From assembly GCF_044704955.1 (NCBI RefSeq), contig NC_091994.1, forward strand, positions 12,400,001 through 12,464,000: 64,000 nucleotides of DNA, written 5' to 3'. Under the pieces are notes generated by a model. That model was not told where the DNA came from. It saw only the letters and a program-made list of their open reading frames with translations, and did no database searches. A program made the position numbers and the translations under genes. Below, piece after piece: positions 36,062 to 48,691 of this stretch (position 1 is its first letter; each line of letters opens with the position of its first letter). This DNA is from Pristiophorus japonicus (taxonomy: Eukaryota).

Positions 36062-36817
36062 CAGGAAGCTCTCCTTTATCCGGATACAGATTTAACGGAA
36101 AACCCGCCGTAACGGAATTTAAAATCTTGCGTTGCCACTTCTCACCGGCTGGTGGGCCTACACGTAACACTTCGACATATATCATATCCCGATCCTTCTG
36201 TTGCAAAATCGCTAACAATTGCGCAACGTGACACTCACCATGAGTAAGGACTCAGAAAATCTACCATAAAAATCTAAAAACTGAATAGACAAGTTCACCC
36301 TCCTCTGCCCTTGCTTTGCTGGTGCGTGCGCACGTGTGCACTGCTGCACCTGCTGTCTCTTGTGGCCGCCACTGATGTTGGGAACGAGTTCCAGGCAGAG
36401 AACGCAGCCCGGAGAGCTCGTTCCGGAACCCCGGAGCTAGACAATCTCCTCCTCGAGGCCACCTGCAGCCACTCCCAGTACAGCATTCGTCCTTCCGCGA
36501 TTACAGTCCGGAGTAAGTACATTCACGCTGGAAACTCGATCCCTTTTCTTCTGCAGAAACGATTGTCGCGCATGAACCGTTTGCCTCGCACGTTCTCACA
36601 TTGAAACCACTCAGAACTCTTCTCGCAATCAGTAACTTCAGATGCAGCGACTATTAAGTAGGCGATCACTAACATACCCGTGGGAATTTTGATTTCCAAT
36701 GAGTTGTTAAATATATATACAAATATTAACTTTAAAATGTAAACTCGCCCTATCGGAAAATTCGTTTACCCGCAATTGCCTAATCCCCGAGCGATCCAGA
36801 TAAACGAGAGTCTCCTG
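36062..36817. mobile_element. Tc1/mariner-pogo (Tigger-like) non-autonomous element, 756 bp
   Basis: 24-bp TIRs CAGGAAGCTCTCCTTTATCCGGAT / ATCCAGATAAACGAGAGTCTCCTG (20/24 match); TA at 36060-36061 and 36818-36819. Confidence 0.85.
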
Positions 36818-37596
36818 TAATAAACTCCTATTACTATGAATGAAAAACATCCCCAAACACCCAAACACTACATAAAACATTAAAAAAAACACCTCACATA
36901 AATACACTATAGAAATTAAAGTTGATAGAAATGTTTTTGAAAAAAAAATATTTGCTGATTTTTTAAAAAAGTTTTAATTATGGTTTAAAATAAAATTACC
37001 TGAGTGGGCAGGGTTTTTAACATAAATATGTATTTTAAAATTTTATTTTAATATGTTTTTAAACACTTACGATGGTTAAAGTAGGCTATGTGCCTGCTTT
37101 GATCAGGCACAAGAGTTTTAAGGACATTCGCAGGACAAGAGATAGGCAAATAGCTCCATCTCTGCTGTGGGTATGTCCTCACTCCCGATATGCGGGAGAT
37201 CTGTCAAACCAGAAATTTGACAGATCGGAAAAGCCGGTTTTCAGCGCATGTGCATTGCATGTCGCAAACCGGCTTTTCCGATGCCTTCCCAGGTCCGTAG
37301 AAACTCCGTACAGACCCAGGGAGGCCAGAATTTCAGGGCCAATGTGATAATGACCAAACAATCTGTTTAGGTTATGTTGATTAAGGAATAAATATTGGCC
37401 AGGACACAAGGGATAACTTCCCCACTCTTCTTCAAATTAGTGTCATGGGATCTTTTACATCCACCTGAGAGAGAACGACAGGGCCTCGGCTTAAATTCTC
37501 ATCTGAAAGACGGCACCTCCAACAGTGCAGCACTCCCTCAGCACTGCCCGGATTTTTGCATTCAAGTCTCTGGAGTGGGACTTGAACCCACAACCA

Positions 37597-37635
<39 letters not shown>

Positions 37636-38534
37636 GGCTGACACTGACGGGTGGTTAAAGGACAGGGAAATAAAGGGACATGAAAACTGGGTGGGGCAAT
37701 GCGACCAGCAATGCTGCTCATGCGGGAAATAAACACCAACACGGACTGGTTGGGCCAAAAGACCTGTTGCTGTGTTGTAATTCCATGTAGTACCAGCAGG
37801 AGCTGGATCGAGTCACGATTGCCAGTCGGAGTCAAGTAAATAAGGCGTCAGTAACCACTAAATTTGCCAGTGAATATTTTTTTAGCAATAAGCACCAGTT
37901 GTGCGGATATATCCAAATCTTGTATCAGACAACCAATCCTTGCGCTTGCTGGTATTTCCCACCTCAATTTCGGGTTCGATTCCACCCGTGCTTGATTTTT
38001 ACTAAGATTGACCATAAAAAAGCATCACAATCTCTAATGAACTCTTAACAAACCATTCTTTATGTTTATTTCATTGATAGCTTTTCAGCCATTTTACAAT
38101 AGGAAACAGACCTTTTGGTCCATTTCCACTTACTCCCGGACTTGCCCGCCTGTTTATACTCATGTCCACTTTCTTGTGATACATTATAACTGGAGGAAAA
38201 TATCCCCCCTCTCTGTGTTGTTTACATAAGCAGTTCAAAGAGCTTTGGATCATTTATATGCTCTTACAGCTGAAATATGTAAGGGAAAGAAATCTTTTCA
38301 ATGCAGAAAAACATTCAACAAACAAGTGGGCTGCATAAGTGATGAAGATCCAAATGGATTGTGACAGCTGGGTCACGGTTTGAATATTTCTAATGTTTAA
38401 ATGTCTCTGTTGAGTAAGTTGTTTATGTCACAAAAGTGGCAGTGGATGTCAACAATGGTGATCGCTTTCAAATTTTGTCAATTTTGGGGTGAGAGGCAGA
38501 TCAGCGCGTGTTTTTTTTAAAAGGAGTGTAATTT

Positions 38535-38840
38535 GAGCTTCCTTGATGGCTCAATAGGTAAATGTATTACATTGTGTCATACTAAGATGGACAGCCCAAT
38601 CCCTGGTCTCGTCTGATCTCAGTTGGACAGTGATAGGACCACTACAATTGGTCTCAATGTCCCTGTGTTTGGGAGAGAAAAGTTGGTCAGGGTTCCTGCT
38701 GCAGGTTGCTACCCATCTAGAAGCATGCATGGTCTAGGATGGCAAGTGATGATGGAATCAGGCCTGGCTGTGTTGCCACTGTCAGTCAAATAGCCTGCTA
38801 ATATTCATAGTCCGTGATTAGATGTGAAACATAGGCCCAT
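38535..38840 (+). mobile_element. Old, highly diverged SINE-like repeat (other pieces ~4460-4635, 18140-18250, 28500-28580, 49280-49440, 55480-55590)
   Basis: tRNA-like head GATGGCTCAATAGGTAAAT; reverse-complement matches to TTCATGTG..AGCC..GACAGT.AGTG..GGCAGGCTAT blocks elsewhere. Confidence 0.4.
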
Positions 38841-39402
38841 GTATGAGGTACGATTGGGGATGGAGTTGGGAGGCAGGGGTGGTGCGGGGTATTGTGCTTT
38901 TGCAGCTATACTATAGCAAGATATGATCAACTTCAGGAGAAAGAAAGAAAGACTTGCATTTATGTAGTGCCTTTCATGACCACCGGACATCTCATAGCAC
39001 ATTACAGCCAATGAAGTACTTTTGGCGTGTCGTCACTGTTGTAATGAAGGAGAGGAAGAGAGGAGAATTCATGAGGAAAAAAATGCATTTATTTAATATC
39101 TATATGTTGTGTATGTATAATGTATGTACTGTAATATTAGACCACTGAATGTATCCTCACACTGTATACACCATACCTGTACCACCAGAGGGTGCTACTG
39201 GTGGAGACCTAAGGGTCACCTGCACACTGCAGGTAACCAAGTATAAAAGAGAGCTCACCTCATTGAGTCCTCACTCAGGGAGCTACAATAAACGGACTAA
39301 GGTCACAACAGTTGAAGTACAATACCCTACCTTGTGGAGTCATTACTAGAGTGCTTGCACACATAACAACTGGCGACGAGATTACGAATTTCCACGCGCA
39401 AC

Positions 39403-40630
39403 ATGGCTAACCTAAGAAAGTTTCAACAATTCGCTGATGGAGAAGATTGGGAGGCTTTTGTGGAAAGACTCGAACACTTCTTCATCGCGAACGACCTGGC
39501 AGGAGACACACCGGCCTCGCTGGCCAATAAGCGCAGAGCCATCCTGCTCAGCAGTTGTGGGCCCACTGTCCACGGCCTCGTCAGGGACCTGCTAGCCCCA
39601 GCGAAGACGACAACCAAAACGTACGCGGAGCTCGTAACAATAATACAGGAACAGCTCAAACCTAAAGAGAGCATCCTCATAGCCAGACACCGGTTCTACA
39701 CCCACCGGCAACCCGAATACTAAGAAATTGCAAAATATGCTGCAGACCTGAGATGAATGGCTGCACCATGTGAGTTTGGCGACCACCTCACCGAAGCACC
39801 AAGGGACATTTTTGTTATTGGAATCGGCCAGGAGGGCCTCCTCCACAAGCTGCTCTCTGCGGGCTCTACAGTCACCCTGCAGAAGGCAATTAAAGTGAGC
39901 CAGGCATTCATGATTTCGGCCTGTGATTCCAAGAGTACGATGACTCACCCCCGGGACTCTAACCCGACGAGTACAGTGAACCGAATGGCGTCTTTCAGAG
40001 GCAAGGCTGCTGCCCCGAGTCCCGCAACCCTGAGTCCGCCAAATGGGGCCAACCGGCTAGTCTCGTGCTGGCGCTATGGAGGAAATCACAGGGCCCCCAG
40101 TGCCGATACAAGGACTATACTTGCAAAGGCTGCAACACTAAAGGTCATCTCCAGCGGATGTGTAGAAGAAACTTTACTCACCGAGTCGCTGAAGAGTTGG
40201 CTGATCACCCGGGCTCCAGCGCTGATGAAGACGAAGAGAGAGTCTATGAAGCGGCTCAGCCCCTGGAAGAGGTGTACAGAGTGTATACCTGCTCCACTGA
40301 TAGCTCCCCGTGGAAAATGGAAGTAGAAATCAACGGAGTTCAAGTCTCGATGGAGGTCGACACGGGGGCGGGCCAATCGCTGATGAATCAGACGACCTTC
40401 GAGAAACTCTGGGACAATTCCACCGAATGACCCAAAATGCTCCCAATCCAGGGTAAACTGCTCACTTACACAAAAGACACCATCCCAGTCGTTGGCAGCG
40501 TGGCTGTCCAGGTGTCCCATGGCGACGCGATGCACAAGTTACCTTTGTGGATCGTTGCTGGGGATGGTCCAACGCTGCTGGGAAGAAGATGGATGAAACA
40601 AATCCAAATCTGTTGGAGCTGGGAAAGCCT
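39403..40630 (+). pseudogene. Disrupted gag + aspartic protease
   Basis: EDWEAFVERLEHFFIAN, ARHRFYTHRQ, CKGCNTKGHLQRMC knuckle, MEVDTGA, LLGRRW; stops at 39721 and 40428 and a frameshift. Confidence 0.88.
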
Positions 40631-41071
40631 CCAGGCCCCTGCGATCGACGTCCTACACGGCCCCAAATTTGGATCCATCACAGCACCTGAAAATCCTACC
40701 GTCCAACTCGACTGCGTGGCGACGACACTCACTGCACAACTCAACGGCGAGATGATCCAACAAAAACGACCAGACCTCACCTTCCGGGCTCCAGTGGCAG
40801 GACTCCGAGGGAAGAAGATTGGCGCAGGAGGTAGATTCCCGGCTTCCGTGGCAGAACCTGGGGAGAAAAGGATCACCGCAACCTATCTCATGGAGAGAAA
40901 GAAGACGGCACCCGCACCACGAGGTGAAGCACCTGAAATCAAGATGTCCGCAACCAGACCACGAGGGAGAAACACATGATGCCGAGCAGCGAACCGGATT
41001 GGGGTAAAGATTGCAAGGCCCTTTTAAAGAAGACCGGCAACCTAGAACAATTAAAGGGACAGTTCCACTCT

Positions 41072-41270
41072 TTGTACAGCGATGCCGGTGACACTAATGA
41101 TAAAGATGTAATCAACAAATGCAAGAATATAAGAGTACTGTTGAACAGCGATGCTGGTGATACTAATGAAAAAGATATAATTAACAAATGCAGGTATCTA
41201 AATGTAATCTTGCACAGCGATGCTGATAGTACACAGGAAAGTGATGTAATTGGCAAACGCGAAAGTGTAA
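41072..41270 (+). repeat. 69-bp (23-codon) tandem repeat, about 3 copies
   Basis: TTG(T/A/C)ACAGCGATGC starts at 41072, 41141 and 41210; in frame as L(Y/N/H)SDA(G/D)..N.KD(V/I)INKC. Confidence 0.85.
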
Positions 41271-42589
41271 AGACAAATAACGATGTTGAGTCAGCTGATT
41301 GCGGTCGGAGCCAATGTATCATGTGTGCGAATGATAAAATTAGATGTGATGCCGGGTTCTACATGCACGTCGACAAAGCCAAAGGCAACCCCCCGTGGGA
41401 AGCACCCAGGTCCAGTGGGCTACCCGATCATGTAGCCTATGCCTCCGGGACCAATGTGATGCTCCAGGGAGGGTGGCCGCGCACACAGTGGGAGCATACC
41501 CACTGTAGGGCCAGCAATTAATGAATGGCACAGGCACCACCCCTGGCGCCCTGCCCCAGATTGGTCCTACCCCCCTGGCCACCAGGGCCAGCCCTGGGAG
41601 CAAGAGGCCAGCACCCTCCAGCCCTCCTGATGGCACCTGGGATGACCAGACTCCCACCACCGCTGAAGGGCAGCAAAGAGACCCTGCAGCCCTCATAGGA
41701 GGACAGGGAGGCCACACATTCCTGTGGCTCTGCCCACCAATAAGCAACGGCTGAGGCCCTAAGACACAGCCAGGTGAGCAATTCATACCCACCCAGCTGG
41801 CAGGGGGCACAGTCTGGTTGCTCTGGAACAAACATCCTCACCCACCTGCACCCACACCCCGGGGCAAGACTGTAATACCACATATGTACCTTACGTGTAA
41901 AATATACTTGTTCCACCACTGCTGAACCCTAAAACAGAGAGATAACCAATCCGATTCTTTATTCTCTGTACACGTACGCCAATGCAGATGTCGAGCCACA
42001 CACATGGTCTATGCATGGGGTGGGGGGGGAGGAAATGGATGTATGTAGCCATGGTCACACATGGATCACACCCAGAACCCACACAACCCTCACTACAACC
42101 TCCTACCATCCACTGCTGACCATTTCCCAATGTCGTGGCAATAAGGACTTGGGGGTCCACAGGGAGAGAGCCATTCCCCAGCAAAGACAAAGTGCAAGGG
42201 CTTTGGGCACTCAAATCGAGGGCCAGAGCACCCAGTGCAAAAGCCTGTGGCACAAGACTTAGGGGGGAGTGTTGTTGTGTATGTATAATGTATGTACTGT
42301 AACATTAGACCACTGGATGTATCCTCATACTGTATACACCATACCTGTACCACCAGAGGGTACTACTGGTGGAGACCTAAGGGTCACCTGCACACTGCAG
42401 GTAACCAAGTATAAAAGGGAGCTCACCTCATTGTAGCCTCACTCAGGGAGCTATAATAAACGGACTAAGGTCACAACAGTTCAAGTACAATACCCTACCT
42501 TGTAGACTCATTACTAGAGTGCTTGCACACATAACATTATGTATTTCTTAATTGGCTCATAGTTGGTGTTAAAATAACACTGTATTTAT

Positions 42590-43707
42590 GGGGCCAAGTT
42601 TCGGCCTGAGTTGCTCCTGTTTTTTTGGAGAGGAGGGAGAGGGGGAGGAGGGAGAGAAGGGGGGAGAGGGGGAGAAGGGGGGAGAAGGCGAGGGGGAGAA
42701 GGGGGAGAGGGGGAGAGAGGATGGAGNNNNNNNNNNNNNNNNNNNNNNNNNNNNNNNNNNNNNNNNNNNNNNNNNNNNNNNNNNNNNNNNNNNNNNNNNN
42801 NNNNNNNNNNNNNNNNNNNNNNNNNNNNNNNNNNNNNNNNNNNNNNNNNNNNNNAGGCGNNNNNNNNNNNNNNNNNNNNNNNNNNNNNNNNNNNNNNNNN
42901 NNNNNNNNNNNNNNNNNNNNNNNNNNNNNNNNNNNNNNNNNNNNNNNNNNNNNNNNNNNNNNNNNNNNNNNNNNNNNNNNNNNNNNNNNNNNNNNNNNNN
43001 NNNNNNNNNNNNNNNNNNNNNNNNNNNNNNNNNNNNNNNNNNNNNNNNNNNNNNNNNNNNNGAGACAGGAGTGAGGGAGGGAAGGAGAGGGGAGGGAAGG
43101 AGAGAGGAGGGAGGGAAGGAAGGAGAGAAGGGGGGGGGAAGGGAGAGAAGGAGGCTGAACGACCGGGCCCAAGACTTCGGGCTGGATTTACAGGTAGGTG
43201 GCGTCGGGTCTCGGGGGTGGTCGCGGACATCCGGCGGGGGGAGAGTTGCGGAGGTCAGGGGGGTGGGGAGAGAGTCGCGGAGGTCCGGGGGTGGTGTGGG
43301 GGGGGGGGGGGGGTGCTGAGGTCGGGTCGCCGGGGGTGGGGGGGGAGGAGAGCAGGGGTCAGGTCGGGTCCGGTCGGGTGGGAGGAACCTTATCCACGCA
43401 GCCCCAGTGAGGCCATTCGGCCAGGGCTAGGGGCTGCGTGCTTCGGGCCCCTCCCACAGTTTTGGGCGCCTGGAGCTACTGCACATGTGCGCCCACTGTA
43501 GCGCACATGTGCAGAGGTCCCGGCACTGTTTTCACTGCAGGGGCCTGGCTCCACCCCCCACAGCTCATGCTGTGCCGCGCCCAGCTCCAGAGGACCTGCA
43601 AGGAGCCGGAGAATAGGTAAGTTTTTTTTAGGCGCACTTTGTGGCGCGAAAAATGGGCGTCCAGATCCGGGCTGCGCTGTTTTAGGCGCGGCCTGAAACT
43701 TGGGCCC
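42590..43707. mobile_element. GC-rich MITE with GGG(G/C)CCAAGTTTC TIRs, containing a polypurine tract and an N gap
   Basis: GGGGCCAAGTTTCGGCC / GGCCTGAAACTTGGGCCC; flanks TAT / ATT. Confidence 0.8.
42727..43061. other. Undetermined bases (N run) inside a GA-rich low-complexity tract
   Basis: Ns with a 5-bp island at 42855-42859, flanked by GGGAGA-type repeats. Confidence 0.98.
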
Positions 43708-44051
43708 ATTGACTCTGCTTCTCCGCAATAGTACCAATTAAAGAGAGTCTCACCATCAGGGGCCTTTTTAAAATGGCTGGTTTTGAACCTGTGTGATTGT
43801 TGAAGACACTGTTGAGGATGCAAACTTGGAAGTGTCACTGAGTGGGACAGTAAATTGACCCTGAATTATCCGTAGTTTATGACTATAGTGTAGAACTGAG
43901 TTGTGTCCATATCAACTGATGAACATTTAATGCACTTGTATGACACTACCCTCTCTTCTATTTCAGAAGGAGCATTTCTCCATTTTTAATAAAAGTGCTA
44001 ATGCCTGCCTTAAGACAAGAACTAGAGGGGAAATACAAGCATTAAATCTTT

Positions 44052-44610
44052 ATTTTTTTCATTTGTTCCTGAGATGTAGCTGTCACTGGCAAGGCCAGAA
44101 TTTATTGCCCATCTCTAATTACCCTCGAGAAGATGGCGAGCTGCCTTCGTGAACCGCTGCAGTACGTGTGGTGAAGGTGCTCCCACAGTGCTGTTAGGGA
44201 GGGAGTTCCAGGATTTTGGCCCAGCGACGATGAAGGAACGACCGATATATTTCCAAGTCAGGGTGGTGTGTGACTTGGAGGTGATGGTTTTCCCATGCGC
44301 CTGCTGCCCCTGTCCTTCTAGTTGATGGAGGTCGCGGGTTTGGGAGGTTCTGTCGAAGAAGCCTTGGCGAGTTGCTGTTATAGATGGTGCACACTGCAGC
44401 CACGGTGCGCCAGTGGTGGAGGGAATGAATGTTTAAAGTGGTGGATGGGGTGTCAATCAAGCGGGCTGCTTTGTCCTGGATGGTGTCGAGCTTCTGGAGT
44501 GTTGTTGGAGCTGCAACTCATCCAGGCAAGTGGAGAGTGTTCCATCATACTCCTGACTTGTGCCTTGTAGATGGTGGAAAGGCTTTGGGGAGTCAGGAGG
44601 TGAGACATTC
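44052..44610 (-). mobile_element. CR1-group LINE 3' fragment
   Basis: LNIHSLHHWRTVAAVCTIY resembles the L..RR.VA.L...YK C-terminal motif of CR1-group ORF2. Confidence 0.7.
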
Positions 44611-47004
44611 GGGCTAATGTCTGCCTTAAGAAAACAGACAGAGAGGAAAGATGAGCATTAAACGTTCATGTGCTAATATCACCATTAGTAATGTTTAGAT
44701 TTCTCTCCGTGCCTAATGTTGATTCAGCTCACACAGGCAGGCTCACCATAAGCCAGTTATGGCATCGGCATTTACTCTTTAAACAAAAAAAATTAAAGAT
44801 TGACTAAAGGATGTTAATGTTAAATTATAATCCCTTGTAACCATTTGATTTTTGAAAGCAAGACTCCTGTTGTCTTTAAGTTGGTTTAAATGCCTTACGG
44901 TTGTGTTTAGAGTTAAGCCATTCCTATGGAAAATTGCCCAGTATTCCCGAACCCTGTATTATTCAACAGGTAGTGTTCAATAGGTCCTGGGGCTTCTGCT
45001 CTCTTACAAAAGCTAGCTGTTTCATGGCAGCCCCAGTTGGTTTCAGTTTAAGCCTTTCACACTGCTGCCTTATAAATTATCTGAATGAAGACTAATAACA
45101 TCTTTAGAGATAGTGAGTAGATAGGTTAACTTTGAAACACAGCATGAATGCGCATAGAAAGCAAAATAAGTTGAAATGCTTTTTTTCTGAAAAAAAGGGA
45201 AGGGAAATAAGAAAGGAAATTGTCAAATACTATTTAATTCTCTGCATAAAGTGATGCCAAGAACCCTAGAGGATTGTCAGGACCTTTCAGTTCTGCCAAC
45301 CCACACACTCATTACAGTGAAGCCTAAGGTTCTAGGCCCGTTGAGAGCAGATCACGAGGGAACAGGAATACAGGTTCCTATGACGACTGTTGGGTGGATT
45401 ATGTCACTGCCCTGAGCAGTGCTTTTGGAACTTAAAGATCAAACGGTAAGGGCAAGCACTGCTGCAAACAGAGGCAGCTGTTTAGATGCCTTTTCTAATG
45501 AGTTGAATTTGTATTATCAGGGCGGTGAACTGGAGTAACAGCAGGGGAACTGGAAAGACTGATTCTGTGCCCTGTCAGCCCCTAATAAGTATTTTTATAA
45601 GCTCCATGGGTCTACAGGAACAGATGGCACCCTGGAGCCCGAACTTCCATTTTAGCCATAGAAAATATTAATCATAAGAAGAAGTTTGACCTGATGGTGT
45701 CTGAAGTTGTAAGAAAGATATTTGATTAAGGTATCCAAAAGGATTAATTTTAACAAAGAGCTCAGCCTGTCAGATATATTCTTCAGAAGAAGTCCATTAG
45801 ATAACTTATTTTATTTAAATTTTGCTGCTCAAAATTGCTTACACCATGAAAGCAACTTTGGGAATAGTTGAACCCCATTCATTGAAGTTGATGGGGCCGC
45901 AGGCTATTTAACAGGAGTACCATTTTGCAGCCATAGTCGGAGTCTACAGTCATTCTTCAGCATCATAAAATAGCATGGTGCCTCTGTGGAAACAAGCACT
46001 CACAAAGAAGTTCTTTGAATTATTTAATTTGGTATTAATCACTCTATTTCCTACCCAGATCCCTGATCTCCCATGGCAACCCACCATTGTGGCCTAAAGT
46101 ATGGGCAACTAACCTACTCGCACGCATTTGCCAACACTGTTCTGAATTGCCACTTGTGGGTATGTGGCAGCAGCCTCATGATTATTTTGTCTCTGATTTA
46201 TCCTCCTTCTCTTAGAATGGCCAGCTATTTATTTTTTTAAATGGCTGCCACCATTCTGTAAAATACGATGCTGTTTTTCCAGTGAAAAATATCAGCTGCC
46301 ATCTTGTTGTGGTGTACTTCCAACGACCTCTGCGACTCAGCGAGCCAACTAATGTCCGTCAGAGAGCAAGAGAAAGAATAAACTGAAGATAGAGAAGCAA
46401 AGAACGAAAGAATGGAACCAGGGAGAAAGTAAAGGGGAAATAAAATCAAGGAGAAGCATGTTATGTGTGGAACTAGGTTCTGAAAAAGTTGAAGATGAAC
46501 CATTCCTTTTATTTCCTACATCACAACAGTGATTACATCTCAAAACGTACTTCATTGGCTGTGAAGCTCTTTGAGCCATCCGGTGATCATGAAAGAAATG
46601 CAAGCCTTACTTTCTTTTTTCATTTTACTAGATCACTGTTGATTTTCTATTGTTTCTAGTAGCCATTTTCTTTCTTGTTGGCTGCTACATTTCAACCTGG
46701 GCTTTCATCAGTGATGACATGAACTCTGTGACTGGCTCCCTTTGCTGATACTTATGCAATTACATAACTTAGTGCCAAACGCTGCAGTATACATCGGAGT
46801 GAAAAAACATCAAGCAATGTGGAGAAACTATTTCAGCATCCCCAAATATTTTCTCAATCGGTTCACACTCACATGTATGCAAGGGTGACTCCTTCTCTCT
46901 CCAACTGTTCTGCTATGAGCGTAACAAAACAAAACATAGAATGAGAAAAGGCCATTTAGCACAGCAACTCTACTTCTATAACTGGATACAATCTACCCTG
47001 TCGT

Positions 47005-47960
47005 ATCGGAGTCAGAGGGTTGTGGTTTCGAGCCTCACTCCAGGATCCGACCACCTCAACTGAGCTGACTCTTCGGTGCAGTACTGAGGGAATGCTGCAT
47101 TGTCAAAGATACTGTCTTTCTGATGAGACAGTAAATCAAGGCAACCGTTTGACTATAGAATCATAGAATGGTTACAGCACAGAAGGAGGCTATTAGGCCC
47201 GTTGAGCCTGTGCCCTCTCTGCAAGAACACTTCAGCTAGTCCCACTCCCCTGCCCTTTCCCCATAGCCCTGCCATTTCTTTTTCTGCAGGTACTTATCCA
47301 ATTCCCTTTCGAAAGCCTGAATTGAATCTGCCTCCACCACCCTTTCAGTAAGTGAATTCCAGATCCTAACCACTCGCTGCGTATAAAGGTTTTTTCCTCA
47401 TGTCGCCTTTGGTTCTTCTGCCGATCACCTTAAATCTGTGTCCTCTGGTTCTCGACCCTTGCGCCAATGGGAACAAATCTCTCTCTATCTACTCTGTCCA
47501 GACCCCTCATGATTTTGAGCACTTCTATCTAATCGCCTCTCTACCTTCTCTGCTCTAAGAAGTACAACCCCAGCTTCTCCAGTCTATCCATGTAGTTGAA
47601 GTCCCTCATCCCTGGAACCATTCTCGTAAATCTTTTCTGCAACCTCTCTACAGCCTTCACATCCTTCCTAAAGTGTGCTGCCCAGAATTGGACATTGTGT
47701 TGGGTTTAAAATATTCCACGGTGTTATTTAGAGAAGATCAAGGAATTCTCCTGGTGCTCTGGCCAACATTCTTTCCTGAATCAATACCACCAGAAACAGA
47801 CTCACTGGTTCTTCATCACATTTTACAGTGCACAATAGTAGCTGCTGCATTCACCTACATAACAACAAAAGGTTTACACTTCAAAAAGTAACCTATTAAT
47901 TGCAAAGCATTTTGGGGTGCGTGAGGACATGTTTAGGCACTCTATAAATGTAAGTTCTTT
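47005..47960 (+). mobile_element. Old Deu-type SINE interrupted by a minus-strand CR1 fragment (~47155-47695)
   Basis: SINE head at 47005-47145 and body/tail at 47700-47960 flank a TAGAATCATAGAATGG... CR1 piece similar to 16653-17225. Confidence 0.72.
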
Positions 47961-48691
47961 CTATTGTTTACTCAAGTCCACCTATTTAATTTCCTGAAGG
48001 AAAGCTCCGCATAAATAATCCCTGTTCCTCAAAGATATTTAAGAATAAAGCTTGCAAATCTTAATAAATTAAAAAATCATAACTACAAATCAAATAATTT
48101 TCTTTTTATAAATTAAATTGCCAATAAACTCATTATGTAAACAGATGTCTATGCATTAAAACTGTCAGATACCAGTTTCAGCAAAAGAGCAATAAGCTGA
48201 ACTTCAGTGCTGAACTCCTTAGGTCTGTATTCATCTTCTGTATATTAAAAGCTCAGCGCCGAACACTAGGCAGGGGACAGAATAATAGGAAGTCTGACAT
48301 CTCAGATAATTCCTTTCCTCTTAATTCTTTGGTCCCAAGTGTCTTTATGCCTCGTGTGAGATAAGGTCATGGAGGATGCTGAATGATGCAGTGTTACACT
48401 ATATGGCAATCTTCCTTTGTGCCGCTGATACGTCCCTCTTCCCCCCCACACCCCCTCCCTCCCCCACCCGTGTTTCAATTATCTCAAAGAAAACTTGAGG
48501 TCAGCTCTTTATGTTCGATGTTTTGTGAATGTTTTGTGAATGTTGCCCAGGGAATCATCCTCCAGGGAATGCAGGGCAGAATGCACAGCAGTGCTAGCTC
48601 ATCTTTCACATGTCACTGCAATGCTGAGGAGTTGCTTAAACTCATACCGTATGTCAGAGATACTCTGGTGCACACTTGGAAGCTTCTTTCA

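Larger units (their letters stand above)
35220..37340. mobile_element. PIF/Harbinger-type MITE with perfect 3-bp TSD AAT
   Basis: TIRs GGCCCAGAAATC / GAATTTCAGGGCC; AAT at 35217-35219 and 37341-37343. Confidence 0.88.
35066..37646 (-). mobile_element. Deu-type SINE split into 35066-35219 and 37341-37646 by nested insertions
   Basis: Joins as CCCACAAACAGCAAT|GTGATAATGACC, matching the intact copy at ~56020-56045. Confidence 0.88.
39105..42536 (+). mobile_element. Non-autonomous Gypsy LTR element: LTR-PBS-gag-protease-unknown cargo-PPT-LTR
   Basis: 264-bp LTRs 39105-39368 and 42273-42536 (about 12 differences by eye), PBS TGGCGACGAG 39371-39380, polypurine tract (PPT) AGGGGGGAG 42261-42269; no RT/RNaseH/IN motifs seen. 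Confidence 0.92.

Noticed and set aside
39100-42541. Intact TSD for the gag-protease element
   Set aside because: Flanks CTATA/TTATG match only 3/5; not counted as evidence
42537-43501. Long ORFs of 149-296 aa spanning the N run
   Set aside because: Artefacts of Ns and GA low-complexity sequence
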